Sequence record: KM389287.1
DNA length: 28,879 nucleotides
Source of the DNA: Escherichia phage Phi06_2987 S
Strand: one strand, 5' to 3'
Part shown: in pieces, positions 1 through 6,533 of the stretch
How positions within the stretch are numbered: position 1 is the stretch's first letter
How the letters are laid out: each line of letters opens with the position of its first letter
Notes under the pieces: generated by a model
What the model saw: only the letters and a program-made list of their open reading frames with translations
Databases searched by the model: none
What the model was told of the DNA's origin: nothing
Position numbers and translations under genes: made by a program

Positions 1-1
1 T

Positions 2-241
2 GTGACTAAATCAGAATTCCTCCAGAAGGTAGCGGTGCTGGCCGGTGAATGCCATAAGTTGGCCTGTGAGCTGGACATAGGCGATGAACGAATAGAGATG
101 TTCGAGATTTATGAAGTGCTTCGCCGAATCCAGCGGAGTGGTGCAGCCGGTGAAATGCTGGCTGCAACAAACCCTTTACTATCCCCTGGAATACCTGAGG
201 ACACTGAATGGGTAAATTTCCATAAAGAGGATCATGCCTGA
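2..241 (+). CDS. hypothetical phage early-region protein, possibly 5'-truncated by the window edge
   Basis: 79-aa ORF in the track, running from the window edge with GTG at position 2. Its TGA stop overlaps the ATG of the next small ORF (TGATG). No family recognised. Confidence 0.35.
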   Translation: MTKSEFLQKVAVLAGECHKLACELDIGDERIEMFEIYEVLRRIQRSGAAGEMLAATNPLLSPGIPEDTEWVNFHKEDHA

Positions 242-417
242 TGCCTAAGACAATCATCATAACCTTAGAAATTGATGTTCCGGAACACGCTACCGATAGC
301 GACATATCAGATTGGGTAGACGTCGAGTACGGGCAGTGTGGTGGACAAAAATTAGATAACCCCTGCCGTGGCGATGCCACCGAAGTAATAAACCATTCAT
401 GGAAATTTGAGAGCTAA
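241..417 (+). CDS. small hypothetical protein (58 aa)
   Basis: Hand-translated ORF not in the track (<60 aa): ATG 241 to TAA 415-417, MPKTIIITLEIDVPEHATDSD... It is stop/start coupled to the upstream ORF and ends 2 nt before the exonuclease ATG. Function unknown. Confidence 0.3.
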   Translation: MPKTIIITLEIDVPEHATDSDISDWVDVEYGQCGGQKLDNPCRGDATEVINHSWKFES

Positions 418-419
418 AG

Positions 420-992
420 ATGAACGACTTAATGATTGACCTCGAATCAATGGGGAAAAAGCCAAACGCGCCGATCGTCTCAGTTGGTGCTGTCTTTTTT
501 AACCCTCAAACAGGTGAACTAGGCCAAGAATTCTATACAGCCGTCTCGCTTGAAAGCTCAATGGATCAAGGCGCGGTACCGGATGGAGATACGATTCTTT
601 GGTGGCTAAAACAAAGCCCTGAAGCGCGCTCAGCTATCTGCGTTGATGATGCGATGCCTATCACTGATGCACTGTCGGAACTTAGCCATTTCATTCACCG
701 GCATGCATATAATCTCAAATACATGAAGGTCTGGGGTAACGGGGCCACCTTTGACAATGTGATTCTGCGCGGAGCTTACGAACGCGCCGGACGCATTTGC
801 CCGTGGGAATTTTGGAACGATCATGATGTACGCACGATTGTTACCCTCGGTCGCAGTGTTGGTTTCGATCCGAAGCGTGACATGCCATTCATTGGCGATG
901 TTCACAACGCCCTGGCTGATGCGCGCCATCAGGCAAAATATGTGTCAGCAATTTGGCAGAAAATTATCCCTGCCACCAGCACCAACGAGTAA
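420..992 (+). CDS. DnaQ-like 3'-5' exonuclease of the prophage-borne type
   Basis: 190-aa ORF. From memory it resembles the 3'-5' exonuclease domain proteins commonly found next to xis/int in enterobacterial prophages. It sits where lambdoid phages carry early recombination/nuclease genes. Family assignment is from recollection, not a search. Confidence 0.7.
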   Translation: MNDLMIDLESMGKKPNAPIVSVGAVFFNPQTGELGQEFYTAVSLESSMDQGAVPDGDTILWWLKQSPEARSAICVDDAMPITDALSELSHFIHRHAYNLKYMKVWGNGATFDNVILRGAYERAGRICPWEFWNDHDVRTIVTLGRSVGFDPKRDMPFIGDVHNALADARHQAKYVSAIWQKIIPATSTNE

Positions 993-1036
993 ACCACTCA
1001 GTCCGGGTGCAGCCGGGCTTTATGGAGAAGGAAACC

Positions 1037-1246
1037 ATGGCAAAGCTAATGAAAGCGAGTCTCTGGAGTAAGCGCGAATTTACCAAAGACTCCATTCCTG
1101 ACAACCGTACAATTAAACGTTGGGTCGAAAACGGATTACTCATGGGAAGGATTGTAGATGGTTCAGTTTTTGTCTATGAAACCGAAAAGTGGGGAGTTGA
1201 CTCAATTGTTAATCAGGCGGTACGTCAGTTAATAATTGAGGGTTGA
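1037..1246 (+). CDS. xis: excisionase (Xis-like)
   Basis: 69-aa product MAKLMKASLWSKREFTKDSIPDNRTIKRWVENGLL... lying immediately upstream of int. Start at 1037 chosen for the GGAGAAGGAA Shine-Dalgarno; the track's longer form from 953 overlaps the exonuclease. Size, position and basic N-terminus fit lambda-type excisionases. Confidence 0.7.
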   Translation: MAKLMKASLWSKREFTKDSIPDNRTIKRWVENGLLMGRIVDGSVFVYETEKWGVDSIVNQAVRQLIIEG

Positions 1247-1319
1247 CCATGGCAGCAAGGCCACGAAAAAAAGAATACCGCCACCTTCCTGATTATCTTT
1301 TTTTGATAAAGATCGTGGC

Positions 1320-2429
1320 GTGTATAAGTTCACGCTTATAACTGGGAAAAAGAAAACTCTCGGTTCGGATCGAGTAATGGCTATCGCCATCGCCCGAGAA
1401 TATAACCTGAGGATGCGCCCTGAAAATACACCATCGATAGATTCATTAATTCGGGAATCGGGAGGGCTGAATGGTGAAGCCCACCCGTTTTCTGAACATG
1501 TTGATCGCATTATGGAGAGAGCGATCAAAGATGAGCAGCCGTCTAAAAGCACACTTGACGATTGGAATAATGATGCCATCAGGGTTAAAGAATTTTTTAA
1601 TAACATACCCGCATGCGATATTGAGCTTGAGCACGTAAATGCCTACATACGAAATTACCATTCTGAATCGTCGGCCAATGTTCAGAACCGAAAAGTTAGC
1701 TTCCTGAAAAAGCTATTCTCTTATGCTGTTGATGAATCGCTAATGATGGATAACCCTGCAACACGGAAAAAAATGCGGCGTGTCGATAAAAAGGTCCGCC
1801 GGCGACTCACTTTGGAACAGTTCTTGGCCATACATGCAGCTGCTGAACCTTGGCTGAAGACTGCAATGGACCTTGCCATACAAACTACGCAAGCGCGCCT
1901 GGAAGTTTCCCGGATCCGGTACTCGATCAAGGAACCTCAAGAAGGGGTTTGCGGCTGTGTATGGTTCGATCAGGAGGAGGCTGGCATATTCGGAACGCTT
2001 TACATTCACCGGCAAAAAGTGCAGCACAAAGAGGCTTCACACGTCGCTATTCCGATCGGCAGGGCCCTGAAAGAGATCATCGACAACAGCAGAGACAATG
2101 TGGCCAGTCCTTATGTTGTTCACCGGCTTCTGGAAAAGAGAAGCAATCCGATAAGTAAGGAAGTTAACCACCCAACACAGGTGGCCCCTGATTATTTGAG
2201 CAGGGCATTTTCAGAGCTGCGGGACCGGATAGGTGTAGCGGCAGAATTACCTATCAAAGAAAGGCCAACTTTCCACGAAATTAGAGCGCTGGCGGCTCAT
2301 ATTTTCGAAAGACAAGGTATCGATCCGCAGGCAAGGATGGCCCATAGTGATGCAAAATCGACAAAAATTTATACCCAGAATCATGTTGAATGGGTTGAAG
2401 TACCACATGCAGAAATAAAAATGGCATAG
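1320..2429 (+). CDS. int: tyrosine integrase (lambda Int family); N-terminal arm-binding segment lies in another frame from ATG 1249
   Basis: 369-aa ORF from GTG 1320 with a tyrosine-recombinase C-terminal region. The ATG at 1249 encodes MAARPRKKEYRHLPDYLF, which matches the integrase N-terminal arm-binding consensus but hits a stop at 1339. The two frames join only if the T7 run at 1298-1304 were T8. Confidence 0.9.
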   Translation: MYKFTLITGKKKTLGSDRVMAIAIAREYNLRMRPENTPSIDSLIRESGGLNGEAHPFSEHVDRIMERAIKDEQPSKSTLDDWNNDAIRVKEFFNNIPACDIELEHVNAYIRNYHSESSANVQNRKVSFLKKLFSYAVDESLMMDNPATRKKMRRVDKKVRRRLTLEQFLAIHAAAEPWLKTAMDLAIQTTQARLEVSRIRYSIKEPQEGVCGCVWFDQEEAGIFGTLYIHRQKVQHKEASHVAIPIGRALKEIIDNSRDNVASPYVVHRLLEKRSNPISKEVNHPTQVAPDYLSRAFSELRDRIGVAAELPIKERPTFHEIRALAAHIFERQGIDPQARMAHSDAKSTKIYTQNHVEWVEVPHAEIKMA

Positions 2430-2430
2430 A

Positions 2431-2455
2431 AAAAGGCACCTGATGGTGCCTTGAA
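2431..2455 (+). terminator. hairpin just after the int stop (possible terminator)
   Basis: Perfect inverted repeat AAGGCACC-TGAT-GGTGCCTT straight after the int stop codon. There is no long T-run, so termination efficiency is uncertain. A related GGTGCC-containing motif recurs at about 2478-2495. Confidence 0.35.
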
Positions 2456-2551
2456 TAAAGTCTTGAATAAGACACCCGAAGGTGCCTTAAGTGGTTCTCT
2501 TAGCAACGAACTAAGAACGCCCACGCCTCATACCCATAATCATGAGCATCA

Positions 2552-2653
2552 AGGACTTTTGCGGATTTCCCACGTACCTTGCGGTAACGGCAGAAAACCC
2601 AACGGAACCCTTTTGGTGCCGCTTTCGAAGCGATAGATTTCAAACTCATTCAT
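2552..2653 (-). CDS. candidate small protein (33 aa) downstream of ImmA
   Basis: Hand-found ORF MNEFEIYRFESGTKRVPLGFLPLPQGTWEIRKSP preceded by a near-ideal Shine-Dalgarno (TAAGGAGGTG, 6 nt spacer, ATG). Too short for the track. Existence is unproven. Confidence 0.25.
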
Positions 2654-2807
2654 GTAACACCTCCTTACCAAGAGAGATTTTTCCCTTGAACATCTTCCCT
2701 GAAGGTGTTAGTTTCAGGCTGTCTATTGAAGCTGTTCACGGTGGTGACGCCTCTCGGATTCATCACCTTAAGACCCCTTGCATTGGTTGGCGCCAAGCAG
2801 GGGGTTT

Positions 2808-3329
2808 TTACATTTTGTCTAACTGATATCGTGCGGCCACTAATGATACTCCGCATGCCTCAGCTACATTTTCAGCACTCATACCTTTCAGAACATTGGC
2901 ATGAATAGCCGGTACTAATAGCTCACCACTGAAACATTTGGCTTGCCACTCACTACTCTCAAAAGGGCGGATTTTTACCCCTGGAGCAGAACGCGCGAAA
3001 GCAATGTTCCTGTGCATGAGAAGATGTCCCAGTTCATGTGCGGCAGTCATCCTGTCACGCCCTACCCCATTCAAAGCACCCTCGTAAATGTCTTCACGAA
3101 GAATCAATAAATGTTCCTGTGGGTAGGTGAGACCGTGCGTCTCCCCCATTTCCTTCATCCCACCGATATGGAGTTCAAAATCTGGGATCAACTGAGGCAA
3201 TGCGAACTCAATCACCTCCATAACAGGAAACATCAGACCTGTAATACCGAAGGTGCTCCGCAGAGATCTGACGATAGAACGTATTGATTCGCGGTTCTGC
3301 GGGGGTACACGATAATCTTGTCCGCTCAA
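2808..3329 (-). CDS. ImmA/IrrE-family zinc metallopeptidase
   Basis: 173-aa ORF with an HEXXH motif (AAHELGHLLMH). TTG start preceded by AGGAGG. It begins 8 nt after the XRE gene stop, so the pair is likely an operon. Confidence 0.8.
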   Translation of the reverse strand: MSGQDYRVPPQNRESIRSIVRSLRSTFGITGLMFPVMEVIEFALPQLIPDFELHIGGMKEMGETHGLTYPQEHLLILREDIYEGALNGVGRDRMTAAHELGHLLMHRNIAFARSAPGVKIRPFESSEWQAKCFSGELLVPAIHANVLKGMSAENVAEACGVSLVAARYQLDKM

Positions 3330-3337
3330 AATGCCTC

Positions 3338-3697
3338 CTACTGCTGTTTTCGATTCAAAATCTGTCGTAAATTCCGGAAGTCTTCTTCATTTAACTCATC
3401 AAAACTACGAGCGAACGCAATTGCGACTTCACGAGCATGGTCGTTCTTACCTGACAAGCTGATCTCTACTGATTGCTGAGAGTCACGAGCTGCACTGATA
3501 AGCTTTTCTTTTTGTTTTTCATCCGCATTCAGATAGCCAATGATGCTATCAAGCACGGGTTTAGTGACCGCCCTTTTACCAGTTTCGATTGCTGAAAGAT
3601 AAGACGAGGTCATACCCATAGCCTCAGCCATGCTTTTAAGCGTAAGCCCCAGGTCTATGCGCATTTTTCTTACTGTCTTACCAAACGGCGTTAACAT
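3338..3697 (-). CDS. XRE-family helix-turn-helix transcriptional regulator
   Basis: HTH signature LGLTLKSMAEAMGMTSSYLSAIETGKR. Start at 3697 (MLTPFGK...) chosen for a GGAG Shine-Dalgarno; the track ORF extends to 3745 without a ribosome-binding site. Confidence 0.8.
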   Translation of the reverse strand: MLTPFGKTVRKMRIDLGLTLKSMAEAMGMTSSYLSAIETGKRAVTKPVLDSIIGYLNADEKQKEKLISAARDSQQSVEISLSGKNDHAREVAIAFARSFDELNEEDFRNLRQILNRKQQ

Positions 3698-3769
3698 AGT
3701 TGTATCTCCAGTGTGTCCAAGACCCCCATTACTCTTGGGTCTCATTTTAAGTTAACACGCTCCCGACAG

Positions 3770-3819
3770 AAAATCAACAGAATTTTGTTGATTTCTTTCA
3801 TGTCGATTCGTTTACGAAT
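3770..3819. promoter_or_regulatory. palindromic operator candidates upstream of the XRE gene
   Basis: Perfect 7-2-7 palindrome GATTCGT-TT-ACGAATC at 3804-3819 and an imperfect inverted repeat AAATCAACAGAATTTTGTTGATTT at 3770-3793, both in the leader region of the XRE/ImmA operon. Confidence 0.3.
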
Positions 3820-3922
3820 CTTCAGTCTCGTGTTGATTGAAACGTAGGTTGTGTGAAGAAGTATGGGGAAAAACCAGCTGTAACCCATTGATGTGTATAG
3901 TGCGGATTTTGCAAAAAATGCA

Positions 3923-3938
3923 CTGTTTGCATATACAG
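3923..3938. promoter_or_regulatory. LexA (SOS) box candidate
   Basis: CTGTTTGCATATACAG fits CTGT-N8-ACAG with an AT-rich centre. It differs at one position from the box at 4731-4746. Confidence 0.5.
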
Positions 3939-3994
3939 TCAAATGTGTCGCAGCACCAGTATTTACAAGGGTTACAGCGGATTTATCGCAGTGA

Positions 3995-4040
3995 CATGGG
4001 GTGTCGGGGGTCGGAGGTTCAAATCCTCTCGTGCCGACCA
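3995..4040 (+). other. 3' portion (about 46 nt) of a tRNA-Pro gene; probable attP core
   Basis: CATGGGGTGTCGGGGGTCGGAGGTTCAAATCCTCTCGTGCCGACCA contains a T-arm (GGAGG-TTCAAAT-CCTCT), the acceptor 3' strand CGTGCCG, discriminator A and CCA. This matches my recollection of enterobacterial tRNA-Pro(UGG), including the Pro-specific G72 that implies a C1:G72 pair. No matching 5' acceptor strand or D-arm lies upstream, so it is a fragment. Confidence 0.7.
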
Positions 4041-4051
4041 AAAACACATTG

Positions 4052-4080
4052 AAAACCAGCCTCTTACGGCTGGTTTTTTT
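4052..4080 (+). terminator. rho-independent terminator following the tRNA fragment
   Basis: Stem CCAGCC / GGCTGG with loop TCTTAC, followed by T7. Confidence 0.7.
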
Positions 4081-4145
4081 ATGTTTGAAATTTGTACGGG
4101 GAATCATTGGGGAAAAATGGGGGAATAACTCCCGACATTTACACG

Positions 4146-4466
4146 CTACATTACAGGCGATTTATCGTCTTTAACTTGGTTAAGTGTATGTGTAAGAACG
4201 CCGTGTACCGTTACGTCATTCAAAGCTTCCCCTTCTATCGCTTCACCATCTTGAGTGATCAGCGCGTGGCCCATTAGCTTCACGAACTGGTTTCTCCCGT
4301 CCATGCTAACCAGCAACGTATCCCCTCCTTCTGGCTTAAGACTGACGTTTATAACGGCCCAGCCGCATGAAGTTTCAATAACCCGGCAGTTGTTATCTAC
4401 ACCGCAGATAACATCTATTGTCATGCGCTGCTCCTGGTAATCCATGGCTGGCGATGGAAACCCCAT
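4146..4466 (-). CDS. hypothetical protein (106 aa), second gene of a two-gene operon
   Basis: Track ORF whose start overlaps the stop of the upstream 79-aa ORF by 1 nt. No family recognised. Confidence 0.5.
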   Translation of the reverse strand: MGFPSPAMDYQEQRMTIDVICGVDNNCRVIETSCGWAVINVSLKPEGGDTLLVSMDGRNQFVKLMGHALITQDGEAIEGEALNDVTVHGVLTHTLNQVKDDKSPVM

Positions 4467-4705
4467 TAGAAAACCCTCCCCATGTTACGCAGGATCCAGT
4501 ATCGGTTCTCACTTCCGTTTGTCGTCTTATCGGCGAAGTCTGGCTGGTATCGTTCGATCCATGAATTTGCATCTGCCTGGCTGAAATGCCAGTGCCTCTC
4601 CTGCAGTTCAGCGATGAATCTGTCTGTATGCAGGCAGAGATAGCCCTTCGGGTTTTGCTGTATGGCCGCAATAAAAGCAGCACGAATATCCGGTTGACGA
4701 GGCAT
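4466..4705 (-). CDS. hypothetical protein (79 aa), first gene of a two-gene operon
   Basis: Track ORF with a GAGGG Shine-Dalgarno 7-8 nt upstream of the ATG. Its predicted promoter region overlaps the LexA box at 4729-4748. Confidence 0.5.
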   Translation of the reverse strand: MPRQPDIRAAFIAAIQQNPKGYLCLHTDRFIAELQERHWHFSQADANSWIERYQPDFADKTTNGSENRYWILRNMGRVF

Positions 4706-4726
4706 GAACGCACCCTCACTTGCTTA

Positions 4727-4756
4727 TTGACTGTATGCATATACAGTAGTATTTTT
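4727..4756 (+). promoter_or_regulatory. SOS-regulated promoter of the DinI-like gene (-35, LexA box, -10)
   Basis: TTGACT (-35, 4727-4732), 17-nt spacer, TATTTT (-10, 4750-4755). The LexA box gACTGTATGCATATACAGTa (4729-4748) overlaps the spacer. The gene 50 nt downstream is DinI-like, a classic LexA target. Confidence 0.6.
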
Positions 4757-4804
4757 ATGAAAACAGATCAAGCACAGGCAATTTTCACTTATGAGAGGAT
4801 CCGT

Positions 4805-5068
4805 ATGTTTGTTGAACTGGTTTATGACAAGCGAAATGTTGAGGGGCTCCAAGGGGCCAGAGAGATCATCCTGGCTGAACTAACGAAGCGGGTGCACCAG
4901 ATTTTTCCTGATGCCGAAGTGAAGGTAAAGCCGATGCAGGCGAACGGCTTAAATAGTGATGCCAGCAAAAGTGATCGGGAAAAGCTGAACCGTATGCTGG
5001 AGGAAATGTTTGATGAATCTGACATGTGGCTGACGTCTGAATTTCCAACTGTACGGCAGAATGGATAA
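4805..5068 (+). CDS. dinI: DinI-family (MsgA-like) DNA-damage-inducible protein
   Basis: 87-aa product MFVELVYDKRNVEGLQGAREIILAELTKRVHQIFPDAEVKV...DMWLTSE matches the DinI/MsgA pattern as I recall it. GAGAGGA ribosome-binding site upstream; the track ORF (from 4586) is over-extended at its 5' end. Confidence 0.85.
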   Translation: MFVELVYDKRNVEGLQGAREIILAELTKRVHQIFPDAEVKVKPMQANGLNSDASKSDREKLNRMLEEMFDESDMWLTSEFPTVRQNG

Positions 5069-5077
5069 TACTTTGAC

Positions 5078-5101
5078 GGGCAGCCCATCTAGCAGCTGCC
5101 C
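5078..5101. terminator. stem-loop between the convergent dinI-like and invertase genes
   Basis: GGGCAGC ... GCTGCCC inverted repeat with a 10-nt loop, located between the dinI-like stop and the invertase stop. Confidence 0.45.
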
Positions 5102-5110
5102 TTCAATCAT

Positions 5111-5665
5111 TTAAGCCTGTCCCACCGGAAATTTTTTATAAAGCGTGCATACAGCGACATCATAAATTATTGCCACTTGTTTTCTATCCACGCCGTTTAA
5201 TATTAATCTCCCAGCTTGTGCCCATTGCTCGGGAGTTAATTTTGGACGTCTGCCACCTATTCGCCCTTTTTCCCGCGCCGCCGCTAATCCAGCCCGGGTG
5301 CGTTCGACGATTAACTCTCTTTCCATTTCCGCCAGCGCTGACATGATGTGAAATATAAAACGCCCCATTGGACTTGATGTATCAATGCTGTCCGTGAGGC
5401 TCTTAAAGTGAATGCCCCGCTGTCGGAGTTCGTCCACCAGCAGCACTAAATTTCGCATGCTTCGCCCGAGGCGATCTAGTTTCCACACCACCAGTGTATC
5501 GCCCGCATTCAGAGTCCGCAGAAGCTTTTTGAGCGCTGGCCGGTTCGCTACCGTCCCGCTCATTTTTTCTTCAAAAACCTGTTCACATCCTGCGCGTTCG
5601 AGAGCTTGGCGCTGGAGATCTGTATTTTGGTCATTTGTTGACACTCTGACATAGCCAATTTGCAT
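5111..5665 (-). CDS. serine recombinase, DNA invertase (Gin/Pin/Hin/Cin/Min family)
   Basis: MQIGYVRVSTNDQNTDLQRQAL... is the canonical invertase N-terminus with the catalytic serine context; the C-terminal HTH region resembles Gin as I recall it. ATG at 5665 preferred over the upstream GTG at 5674. Confidence 0.9.
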   Translation of the reverse strand: MQIGYVRVSTNDQNTDLQRQALERAGCEQVFEEKMSGTVANRPALKKLLRTLNAGDTLVVWKLDRLGRSMRNLVLLVDELRQRGIHFKSLTDSIDTSSPMGRFIFHIMSALAEMERELIVERTRAGLAAAREKGRIGGRRPKLTPEQWAQAGRLILNGVDRKQVAIIYDVAVCTLYKKFPVGQA

Positions 5666-5699
5666 ATTTTTCACCCAATAAATTCTGCAAAAAAATCAG

Positions 5700-6533
5700 G
5701 TGAAGTTATCGGCCAGGCCGGCCCGTGGCAATCTATTAAACGTCGGTTTGGGAAGCAGCGCTACAAGGAACGCGTACAGCTCATCTGGCGATATACTTTC
5801 TGTAGGGGATTTGGGCTTGGGTGTTGTTGCCCCTGCCGAACAAAACCGTTACGAAAACGCGAGATTAAATGGCTTTTATAACATTGCCTCTGGTTCCGGC
5901 AACGGCCTGCCAACTAATGATGCGGGCTACGGTGTCTGGATGAACCGAAGCTCAAATTACGGCACCTTTGAGTGCTGGCTAAGTGGGCCTGTCGGGAGAA
6001 AAATGTTTAGCCAGGTTATAGGCGGAACAGCAGGTAAATGGTATGAATTTTACCATACAGCTAATACGACAAAAGCCAGTGACGGCACTATCAAAGCTGC
6101 CTCCCCCGTGGCACGAATTGTAACGAGCAAGGATGAGTGCCAGCGTGCTGATATAGCGGAGGATGGTTTTACCTGGTGCGGCTGCGGTGCGGCGAATGCC
6201 GAGGCTGAGGGCATTACTATTTCACGGCTTGATGTCGGCGTTTATGTTCTCACAGGTTCGGCAGGCCTGGCGTCTGAGGGATGGCAGTTACTTCCCCCAA
6301 TGGACCCTGGCGGCATGGGGGAACTGGGTGTAGTTGAGGCAGAGCAAACCGATAGCGGTGGGCTGACTATCCGTCTGTATAAACGCAAATACATCCTGAG
6401 CGATGAAGGTGAAATCATCAAAACCAAAGGTGAACCGATGGACGTACCGGCGAACAGCTGGATCGATGTTCGCTTGGATATGCCCGCAGATTCACTGTTT
6501 AACCAGCGGATGAGCCAGAAGCCGGAGATTTAG
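5700..6533 (+). CDS. alternative tail fiber C-terminal cassette C (likely start-less in this orientation)
   Basis: From site 1 the frame reads ...NVGLGSSATRNAY..., parallel to ...NLGLGSSATKDVG... at the crossover point in the expressed tail fiber. Its C-terminus (VPANSWIDVRLDMPADSLFNQ) and an internal block (TANTTKASDGTIKAASPV) are homologous to cassette A. The ATG at 5700 is probably fortuitous. Confidence 0.65.
   Translation: MKLSARPARGNLLNVGLGSSATRNAYSSSGDILSVGDLGLGVVAPAEQNRYENARLNGFYNIASGSGNGLPTNDAGYGVWMNRSSNYGTFECWLSGPVGRKMFSQVIGGTAGKWYEFYHTANTTKASDGTIKAASPVARIVTSKDECQRADIAEDGFTWCGCGAANAEAEGITISRLDVGVYVLTGSAGLASEGWQLLPPMDPGGMGELGVVEAEQTDSGGLTIRLYKRKYILSDEGEIIKTKGEPMDVPANSWIDVRLDMPADSLFNQRMSQKPEI
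5731..5756. other. invertase crossover site 1 (gix-like), inverted relative to sites 2 and 3
   Basis: ATCTATTAAACG-TC-GGTTTGGGAAGC. Its reverse complement shares cTTCC(c/t)AAACC-GA with sites 2 and 3. It lies 78 bp upstream of the invertase start, at the 5' end of cassette C. Confidence 0.65.

Noticed and set aside
953-1246. Longer 97-aa form of the excisionase ORF
   Set aside because: The upstream ATG overlaps the exonuclease gene and lacks a Shine-Dalgarno; ATG 1037 has a good ribosome-binding site and gives a typical Xis length.
3965-4040. A complete tRNA-Pro gene
   Set aside because: Only the 3' 46 nt match. The required 5' acceptor strand (CGGCACG) and D-arm are absent upstream, so it is a fragment, not a gene.
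3742-4107. 121-aa minus-strand ORF, and the 71-aa plus-strand ORF at 3837-4052
   Set aside because: Both span the tRNA-Pro fragment, the terminator and the promoter/operator region. No ribosome-binding site; the region is better explained as regulatory and att DNA.
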